This document shows, in pieces, positions 56,922 through 64,000 of a stretch of DNA of 64,000 nucleotides. A program made the position numbers and the translations under genes. Under the pieces are notes generated by a model, which was given only the letters and a program-made list of their open reading frames with translations, had not been told where the DNA came from and did not search any database. The DNA comes from Acidobacteriota bacterium. Its GTDB lineage: Bacteria; Acidobacteriota; UBA890; WLXD01. Each line of letters opens with the position of its first letter. Within the stretch, counting starts at the first letter, position 1. Location: the NCBI GenBank assembly GCA_963666215.2, contig CAXWPL010000005.1:704001-768000 (forward strand). The letters run 5' to 3'.

Positions 56922-58114
56922 AGCTCTGGAACAAGGGTTACGACCTAGACGAAGAGATCGAGCGCTACACGGTGGGCGACGATCGGGACCTTGACCGCGT
57001 TTTGCTCCCGTACGACTGCGTCGCGTCCATGGTGCACGCCCATGTGCTGGAGAGAGCCGGCGTGCTCAGACCGGAAGAGACGACCCGTCTCGTCGCGGCG
57101 CTGGAGGATCTGAAGGCGGCGGCCGACAAGGGAGAGCTTCTCATCCAGCCCGGCGAGGAGGACTGTCACACCGCCCTGGAAAACCGTCTGGTCGCGGAGC
57201 TCGGTGATCTCGGAAAGAAGATCCACACGGCGCGATCCCGAAACGACCAGGTCGCGGTCGCACTCAGGCTGTACGTGAAGGACCGGCTCGCCGCGGTGGC
57301 CGGGCTGATCGACGGACTCGTCGTCGCCATGGAGGGGAAGGTCGAGCAAGAGGGAGACGTCCCCCTCCCCGGCTACAGCCACATGCGAAAGGCGATGGCC
57401 TCCTCCGTCTCCATGTGGCTGGGCGCGTTCATCGAGAGCATGGACGACAACAAGAGGATGCTGGAGGCGGCTTTCGCCCTCATCGACCAGAATCCTCTGG
57501 GCTCGGGAGCGGGCTACGGGATTCCCGTGTTCGATATCGACCGGCAACTCAGTGCGAAGGAGCTCGGCTTCGCGAGGGTCCAGGAAAACCCGCTCTACGT
57601 GCAGAACAGTCGCGGGAAGTTCGAGGCCATCGTCGTGGGCGCCCTCGTCAACGTCATGACCGATCTCAACAAGCTGGCGTCGGACCTGATGCTGTTCACC
57701 ATGGACGAGTTCGGCTTCTTCTCGCTACCCAGGGAGATCTGCACGGGCAGCTCCATCATGCCCCAGAAGCTCAACCCTGACGTGCTGGAGATCCTGCGCG
57801 CTCGGTACCACGAGGTGTCGGCCAACGAGCTCCGGATCCGGAGCACGACCGCCGATCTGATCTCCGGATACCACCGGGATCTCCAGCTCACCAAGAAGCC
57901 GCTGATGGAGAGCTTCGGCATCGCCGAGAGCTCGCTGGGGGTGATCACGCACGTCATCGAGAACCTCGGCGTGAATCGGGCCGCGTGTGAGCAGGCGTGC
58001 ACGGACGAGATCTACGCGACGGAGCGCGTCAACGTACTGGTAAAGCAGGGGATTCCCTTCCGCGACGCATACCGGCAGGTGGCCTCGGAGCTGTTCCAGG
58101 ACGATTCGGACTAA
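56918..58114 (+). CDS. argH: Argininosuccinate lyase (short form)
   Basis: [57 protein letters not shown]. Confidence 0.95.
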   Translation: MKLWNKGYDLDEEIERYTVGDDRDLDRVLLPYDCVASMVHAHVLERAGVLRPEETTRLVAALEDLKAAADKGELLIQPGEEDCHTALENRLVAELGDLGKKIHTARSRNDQVAVALRLYVKDRLAAVAGLIDGLVVAMEGKVEQEGDVPLPGYSHMRKAMASSVSMWLGAFIESMDDNKRMLEAAFALIDQNPLGSGAGYGIPVFDIDRQLSAKELGFARVQENPLYVQNSRGKFEAIVVGALVNVMTDLNKLASDLMLFTMDEFGFFSLPREICTGSSIMPQKLNPDVLEILRARYHEVSANELRIRSTTADLISGYHRDLQLTKKPLMESFGIAESSLGVITHVIENLGVNRAACEQACTDEIYATERVNVLVKQGIPFRDAYRQVASELFQDDSD

Positions 58115-58196
58115 GATCAACTCTTCGTTTCCACAGGTGTTTGCCGATGTGCTGCGGTGACTGCGGATAACCAGATATAGGCTTCGGGACGGCATT

Positions 58197-58530
58197 GGGG
58201 GATGTCCCACCGTCCGTTGAACTAAGGCGACGGTGAAGTGGTTGGGCCAGTTACTGCTGCACCTGCCTGGCTGTGCGCGCTACGAACCTCCGCGACACGC
58301 TCGAGCGACTCGTGCCCGACGAAGCTCGCCCGTCGTCGAGCCGCTCTAACGAGCGCTCGTACTTGCGCGTGGTGACGCCGCACAGGATCTGCTCTACGGC
58401 GCGCTCTTCGAGCGGATCTGTTCCCTTGAACCTCTCCCAGTGCGGCAGCGGCAGCTCTTGGCCATCGACGCTCCGAGCCCGCGGCTTGCGTACCTTGACC
58501 CGCCGGCCGCCCATCACCAGCGAGCCCTCG
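58197..58530 (-). mobile_element. IS256-family relic (internal transposase fragment plus probable right end)
   Basis: GSLVMGGRRVKVRKPRARSVDG.E..L, GVTTRKY, GTSRSSVSRRFV; downstream TTCAACGGACGGTGGGACATCCCCC resembles ends of this IS256 subgroup (from memory). Confidence 0.75.
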
Positions 58531-58836
58531 GCGTAGACGTCGTAGTTGGCAAGAAAGCCATCGACGTCGGTGGCGAAAAACTTCAACGACAGTAGATTGC
58601 TGCGGCTCATCCCGGCGCCCTCGAGGACAGCATCAACATTTGGCGAGCGCGGCCTGCATCTGCCCGCGAATGTCGTTCGGATGCAGCACCTTGAAGCCCA
58701 GATCCGACTCCGAATCCGGCTCCACGGCAACCTGGCCAGAGCAGTGGAGCGTGCGGCTCAAGCCCTCCACAAGCTCGCCTTGGTCCATGCTGACCCGCAG
58801 TCCCCAGTCCCATGGATTCACCGACATTCGTTTCAT
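58531..58836 (-). pseudogene. RidA/YjgF-family protein, frameshifted and 3'-truncated
   Basis: VNPW.W......QG, LHCSGQ.A, D...Q...AL.N.DAVL..AGM...N; extra A near 58640. Confidence 0.8.
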
Positions 58837-58931
58837 CTCGTCCGTCTCCCGGTGGTGGACAAGGCGATCTATTGACCGCCTGGAAGAGGTGCAACCGTGC
58901 CGCGCACGAGCGTTCCGCTGCCCATTTTCGG

Positions 58932-60650
58932 CTATTGCGGTAGCTTCATCAATTCGGCTGAGACCAGATCGATGAGAGGCGCGACGGTGGCCTGGTCGAA
59001 GGAAAACACAGCCTCCGCCGACGCGAACAGCTCGGGCAAACGACGCGAGCCGCCGAGCGCCAAGGCGCGACGGTAGGCGGCGAGTGCGCGCGCGTGATCG
59101 CGCTTGGCGTTGCGCCAGATCTGCAGCGCGCCGAGCTGGGCGATGCCGTACTCGATGTAATAGAACGGATAGCAGAAGAGGTGGAGCTGACGCTGCCACG
59201 ATGATTGCCGGGCGGCCGTGTGCTCGCCCCACTCGACGGGCTCTCCGAACCGAGACTCGAGCGCCAGCCACTTAGCGGTCCGGTCTTCCCGGGAATGATC
59301 CGGATGGGTGTAGATCCAGTGCTGAAAAGCGTCGATCCGCGCGACCCAGGGAAGCAGCTGAATGATGCCCTCGAGGTGCTTGCGCTTGGCCCGCGCCGCG
59401 TCGGCGTCGCTGTAGAAGGCGTCGAGATGGTCGTCTCCGAACAGCTCCATCGTCATCGAGGCGACCTCCGCGAACTCGATCGGGGCGTGACGATAGCCAA
59501 CCAGGGGCTCAGCGCGCGCCGCAATCGCGTGGAAGGCGTGCCCCGACTCGTGGAGCAGGGTCTCGACATCGCGATGCACACCGGCCGCGTTCATGAAAAT
59601 GAACGGCCGGCGCACCTCTTCGAGCGTCGACATGTAACCGCCGGGCGCCTTGCCCTTGCGCGACTCGAGGTCGAGCTCCCCGTGTGTACGCATCGAAGCG
59701 AACTGTGCGGCCAGCTCTGGATCGAGACGCGCGAAGATCTCGGCCACGCCGTCGGCAAGCTCCGCTCCCTCTGAAAACGGGCGCAGCGGAGGCCGTCCCA
59801 GTGAGTCCGCGGCCATGTCCCAGGGGCGCAGCTCTTCGAGGCCCATCGTCTGTCGGCGCTGTTCGGCGAGCTCACGCGCGAGCGGCACCACGGTTCGCTC
59901 CACCGCATCGTGGAAGTCGAAGCAGTCGGCGGGCGTATAGTCGAAACGCTGCAGAGCGCGGAAGGTGTAGTCGCGGTAGCCCGCGCAGTCGGCGTTGGCG
60001 GCAATACGCGCGCGCAGCGCGATCAGCTCGTCGAAGATCTCGTCGCACGTGTCGCGGTCGGTGAGCCGCCGCTCGACAATCGCCGTCCAGGCCTCGCGCC
60101 GCAGATCACGATCCTGCTCCTCGAGGTGCTTGGCCATCTGCGGCATCGTCTGCTCTTGGCCGCGGAACTGCATCGTCATTGAACCGGAAACCTTCTGGTA
60201 CCGCTGACTGAGCAGACTGGCCTCCGTCTGCAGCGGAATGTTCTCCTCGCGGTAGAGTTCGATCTCGGCGGCGATCTCGCGGTCGAGCACGTCGTAGCGA
60301 CCCGATCCCTCGGCCAGGAGCTGCTGACGTGCAGGCGCCGCGAGGTAAGTCTGATTGAGACCGTGCAGGTGCGGCTTCACCTTCGGTAGGAAGCCCTCGA
60401 CAAGCTCGAGGTAGCGGCGCTCGGCAATCTCGTCGCCAGTGTCGCGGGTCATCGCGATGTAGCGCCGCGAGCGCTCCTCGGCCATGCATGCCTGCAGCTC
60501 GCTGACGTCGAGCAGCCAGGTCTCGAGATCACTCGCCGTGTCGAGCGGACGCGCCAGTAGCCGCTCCAGAAGCGGACGGACAGCCTCGAAGTCGCCAACA
60601 TCGAGCGACTCCGGGACGAAAGTGCGCGGGAATTCCTTGTCTGCGTTCAT
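58932..60650 (-). CDS. M3 family oligoendopeptidase (PepF-like)
   Basis: R.DY.P, L.PWD, SRKGKAPGGY, PFIFMN, LLHESGHAFH, EFAEVASMTMEL, FYYIEY. Confidence 0.93.
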   Translation of the reverse strand: MNADKEFPRTFVPESLDVGDFEAVRPLLERLLARPLDTASDLETWLLDVSELQACMAEERSRRYIAMTRDTGDEIAERRYLELVEGFLPKVKPHLHGLNQTYLAAPARQQLLAEGSGRYDVLDREIAAEIELYREENIPLQTEASLLSQRYQKVSGSMTMQFRGQEQTMPQMAKHLEEQDRDLRREAWTAIVERRLTDRDTCDEIFDELIALRARIAANADCAGYRDYTFRALQRFDYTPADCFDFHDAVERTVVPLARELAEQRRQTMGLEELRPWDMAADSLGRPPLRPFSEGAELADGVAEIFARLDPELAAQFASMRTHGELDLESRKGKAPGGYMSTLEEVRRPFIFMNAAGVHRDVETLLHESGHAFHAIAARAEPLVGYRHAPIEFAEVASMTMELFGDDHLDAFYSDADAARAKRKHLEGIIQLLPWVARIDAFQHWIYTHPDHSREDRTAKWLALESRFGEPVEWGEHTAARQSSWQRQLHLFCYPFYYIEYGIAQLGALQIWRNAKRDHARALAAYRRALALGGSRRLPELFASAEAVFSFDQATVAPLIDLVSAELMKLPQ

Positions 60651-60744
60651 GACTGAGACCCTTGCGTTGACGCGCGTCGGAGCCAACCGAGCGCCGGAGA
60701 ATCGGCTCGTCCCCTCAGGCCTACCGCGCGCACGCCACGTCTCG

Positions 60745-62193
60745 CTAGGTAGCCGCGATGACCGGATCGGGGGGTGGCGCGACCGGTGCGTCGTGGCTCG
60801 GCAGCGCCGAGCGCAGCCACAGGCCAAAGATGGTGGACGCGACGATGCTCACCACGAGGAGCCCGACGACGAGCCCGTAGATGTCGGTATAGCCCAACGA
60901 GCGACCGATGCGGATGCCGATCCATGAGACGGGAACTGTGAGGATTGCGGCGCGAAGCGCGGCCATGATCATGCCGGGCTTCCCCATGCCCATGGCCTCG
61001 AACACAGGTCGGAGCAGCAGCGACGGAGTGCCGGCAAGGCAGGCCAACGGAACCAGGTAAATCGCGAAGCGCGCGTACATTGCGGTCAGCGGAGACTCCG
61101 CCAGCGACTCGGCAAGCCACGGGCCCATGAGCCACAGGATCGGGCCAACAATCACCAGGCTGTAGCCCGCGGAGAGCAGGAGTGACTGCCGAATTCCGGC
61201 GCGCACGCCGCGGTAGTCCTCGCGACCCACCAGCCGCCCCATGAACGGCAGCATTGCTACCGACATCGCGATGATCGGATTGTATGCGAACAGCATCACC
61301 CGGTGGTAAATCGAGTACGCCGCGATCGACTCCGTGGGGTCGCCCATGTTGGCGAGCAGCACATTGATAATCGCCATCTCGACAGCGGTCAACACGAAGG
61401 TCAGCCCGGCGGGCACGGCCAGCGACAGGATTGTGGCGAAGGGAGCGGGGTCGGTGCCGGGGAGATTGTGCGTCCCGGCCGCAATACGACCCGACTCGTG
61501 AGCCCGCGCGCGCGCCGTAGCGTAGGCAAGGCCGCCAACACGTCCGATGACCGTCGACAGGGCGATGCCGAAGATCCCCCAGTGGAAGACGAACAGGAAG
61601 ACCGTGTTGAGCACGATGTTGATGACGTTCGACGTGATCCCAGCCCACATCATCGAACGTGTGTCCTGGTGCGCCTTGACGATCGAGTCCGGGATAACCG
61701 ACCAGAAAGAGGTGCACGCCGAGCCGATGATCATCACGGTGGCGTAAACCACGAACATCCCGTACACCTCGTCGCTCAGAGTCCACTGAGGCGCCGCGAA
61801 CCAGATACCTACGCCCAGCAGAAGGAACGCTGGAGAAACAATCCAGGCGAGGCGCCAGGCGCACGAGAGGTACTGCTCGATCTTGTCGCCCTGTCGCGAG
61901 GCCATCGTGCGCGAAAGCGCCGAGGTGAGGCCGGTCGACAGCCCGACCCAAATCGCGATCATCAGGAACTCGAGCGGCACGGTGAGGCCGATCGCCGCCA
62001 CCGCCTCGTCACCGATTGTCGCCGCGTAGATCGTATCGACGAACGTGAACGCCGCACGCATGACGAACGACACCACCAGCGGCATCGTCATCGCCATCAG
62101 GGTGGGACCCGTATCGACCGAATCGCGGCCATGGCCCGGGGCAAGGCCACCGCCGGGCGAGGTCGATTCGGGCGGTTTCTCGCTACTCACCAA
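60745..62193 (-). CDS. MATE family efflux transporter
   Basis: P......AF.FVDTIY...IG.EAVAAIG, GDT-like motif, NI.LN.VF.F...WGI.G.AL.T; two-repeat hydrophobic profile. Confidence 0.88.
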   Translation of the reverse strand: MVSSEKPPESTSPGGGLAPGHGRDSVDTGPTLMAMTMPLVVSFVMRAAFTFVDTIYAATIGDEAVAAIGLTVPLEFLMIAIWVGLSTGLTSALSRTMASRQGDKIEQYLSCAWRLAWIVSPAFLLLGVGIWFAAPQWTLSDEVYGMFVVYATVMIIGSACTSFWSVIPDSIVKAHQDTRSMMWAGITSNVINIVLNTVFLFVFHWGIFGIALSTVIGRVGGLAYATARARAHESGRIAAGTHNLPGTDPAPFATILSLAVPAGLTFVLTAVEMAIINVLLANMGDPTESIAAYSIYHRVMLFAYNPIIAMSVAMLPFMGRLVGREDYRGVRAGIRQSLLLSAGYSLVIVGPILWLMGPWLAESLAESPLTAMYARFAIYLVPLACLAGTPSLLLRPVFEAMGMGKPGMIMAALRAAILTVPVSWIGIRIGRSLGYTDIYGLVVGLLVVSIVASTIFGLWLRSALPSHDAPVAPPPDPVIAAT

Positions 62194-62235
62194 TAGCGCC
62201 CCATACGCGTCGACGGCAGAACGTCCGCAAGAAAG

Positions 62236-62532
62236 CTACTTCTTCCGCTTGCGACGGAAGAGGGAGAACCCACCAAAGCCACTGATGATGGCGATGTAGA
62301 AGCCGCAATCGTAGGCCCAACCGGCATTACGCGCCTCATAGATCCGAATTCCAGGGTTCAGGAACCCGAGCACCAGCGACAGCGGCGCGATCCAGCCGTG
62401 CCAGATGCCCACCAGAAACCCCGGTGGGCCGCTCCTCGTGGCCTGGGGAGTGCCTGGCAAACAGGCCGCTGTCGCGACCGCGGCAACGACAATCAGCACG
62501 ACTGCGGCACGCCTCGCTGTCGGGTGGGTCAT
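62236..62532 (-). CDS. Small membrane lipoprotein, conserved hypothetical
   Basis: Lipobox-like TAAC; GF..GIWHGWIAP.SL, IYE..N.GW.YD.GF. Confidence 0.75.
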   Translation of the reverse strand: MTHPTARRAAVVLIVVAAVATAACLPGTPQATRSGPPGFLVGIWHGWIAPLSLVLGFLNPGIRIYEARNAGWAYDCGFYIAIISGFGGFSLFRRKRKK

Positions 62533-62718
62533 TCCGAGCTGCTCTGAGTGAAATGCAATCGCGCCGTCTCTGCCAGACACGGAAGGGGCGCGGTCGGTGC
62601 TCTTTGAATCGATTCGGCGCGTCATTGTGCCGCATCTGGCTCGGCAGCATGGCAGACTTCTGTGGTTTCCGTCGTTTGTCGATGGCCGCACCACGCCTGG
62701 GAGTCAGCAAGCCCTCGT

Positions 62719-63957
62719 ATGAACGAGCGTAGTTGGTTTCCCGTGTGGGCTGAGCGAGCGCTTCTGCTCGTTGCCGCGCCGCTACTTTTCGCGGTGGTGG
62801 CCGAGGCGATGGTCCGGCTCGCCGGCGTCGAGACCGACGTCGCGCGCAACCGGAACGCCCAGATCGCGGTTCCGGTTTGGCTGCTCGCCGACGCAAGCTG
62901 GGCGAGCACGAGCCGCGATCAGATCGCACGCGAGGGCCGCCCGATCGCGGCCGAGGAGCTGGCCTGGCTGCACCACTTCGAGGAGGCTCGGTACCTGACC
63001 TACAAGCTGAAGCCCGACCTCGACGTCAAGGCGATCAACCCGTTCAACAGCATCGACGTCGCCAAGGGCGTTGAATTCGCGATCCGACCGAACAGCGACG
63101 GCTTCCGTGGAGACGACTTTCAGCCCAAGCCCCACGATCGGCTGCGCATCGTCACACTCGGCGACTCGAGCACGTTCGGGTGGGGAGTCGACGAGGCCGA
63201 CACGTACCAACAGCTTCTGCTCGAACGCCTGCGGCGTTGGCAAGGCGAGCGAATCGAGATCGTCAACCTCGGCATGCCCGGTCACAACAGCCGTCACGGG
63301 CGCGAGGTCATGCAGCGCTACGCGCTCCGCCTGGAGCCCGATCTGCTGATCATCAGCTACGGCGCCAACGACGGCCGCCTCGTCCTGCAGCCCGCCGAGG
63401 AGTTGGTGGCAGCCCACTACGGCTGGCAGGCCGATCTGCGGTTCGCCTTACTGCGGCTGCGGTCCTATCGTCTACTGCGCCGCCTGCTGATTGGCGCCAT
63501 CGACCCGTTGCGCGCCGATGTGACGAATGTTCTCGAGAGGGCTGCGGCGGTCCCCACGATCGATTACCAGCGCAACCTCAAGCGCATGATCGAAGCTGGC
63601 GTGACTGTTGATGCCAACACGATCCTGCTCTCGGTGTGCACGCAACCACCCTACGAGGCGGCCATTCGGTTCGTTGCCAGTGAGGTCGGTGTGCCTCTTG
63701 TTTCTGCGCGCAAGGCGTTCGTCAACACCCGCAGCCGGGTGGAGTCGGGCGAGCTCTACCCGGAGCAGCTGTCGCGGTACCGCGAGATCTACGGAACCGC
63801 CACTTTCGAAGCGCAGCCACCGCTCTATTTCACGAGCGACGGCTGCCATCCACATGCGGTGGGACACAACATCATCGCCGACGAGCTCGAGCGCGTGGTC
63901 AAACAGGCGCTGCGCCCAAAGCTGGCGGTACTAGCCTCGAGCCGGCGTACGCAGTAG
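62719..63957 (+). CDS. SGNH/GDSL hydrolase family protein, membrane-anchored
   Basis: NS.GFRG, RIV.LGDSSTFG.GV, N.GMPG, YGAND, DGCHP...GH. Confidence 0.9.
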   Translation: MNERSWFPVWAERALLLVAAPLLFAVVAEAMVRLAGVETDVARNRNAQIAVPVWLLADASWASTSRDQIAREGRPIAAEELAWLHHFEEARYLTYKLKPDLDVKAINPFNSIDVAKGVEFAIRPNSDGFRGDDFQPKPHDRLRIVTLGDSSTFGWGVDEADTYQQLLLERLRRWQGERIEIVNLGMPGHNSRHGREVMQRYALRLEPDLLIISYGANDGRLVLQPAEELVAAHYGWQADLRFALLRLRSYRLLRRLLIGAIDPLRADVTNVLERAAAVPTIDYQRNLKRMIEAGVTVDANTILLSVCTQPPYEAAIRFVASEVGVPLVSARKAFVNTRSRVESGELYPEQLSRYREIYGTATFEAQPPLYFTSDGCHPHAVGHNIIADELERVVKQALRPKLAVLASSRRTQ

Positions 63958-64000
63958 CGTGTCGACCTACCCGCCGCACACTTTGGACCGCCCACCGAAC

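Noticed and set aside
1-64000. tRNA, rRNA, prophage, retron/RT or known defence systems
   Set aside because: No recognisable signatures by eye; covariance-model and HMM searches were not run

Overview
GC-rich bacterial chromosomal DNA. The gene content (FG-GAP/CRTAC1 proteins, PD40 and M28-PA-PDZ proteins, TIGR02999-type ECF sigma factor, many secreted hydrolases) suggests an Acidobacteriota-like organism; this is inference only. About 50 apparently intact genes are present: peptidases (M28, S33, S9, M32, M19, M3), BNR/sialidase-like proteins, glk, class I aldolase, an RND pump, a MATE transporter, argGH and others. Among them lie deletion scars where unrelated gene fragments are joined directly: Ser/Thr kinase|cytochrome b|HAO-type multiheme cytochrome|membrane protein, ECF sigma|IS481 end|yjbQ, 2-hydroxyacid dehydrogenase|DoxX, and RidA|IS256. 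One IS481 family appears in three states (complete, solo end, 115-bp MITE-like relic), all at NCTAGN sites and two of them on TAG stop codons. Main points of interest: (1) an AhpD/CMD-like gene split by an in-frame TGA in a CxxU motif with a SECIS-like hairpin (probable selenoprotein); (2) a coupled operon of a fused 2-oxoacid dehydrogenase E1, an atypical FabD-fold acyltransferase and a Fis-HTH protein, with no E2/E3/ACP nearby; (3) a triplicated, diverged 43-bp copy of a gene's last codons and stop; (4) a secreted Tyr/Gly/Arg-rich low-complexity protein; (5) recurrent leaderless-type TANNNT-N6-8-ATG starts. No rRNA, tRNA or CRISPR array was recognised. Family assignments come from motif recognition by eye; no searches were run.
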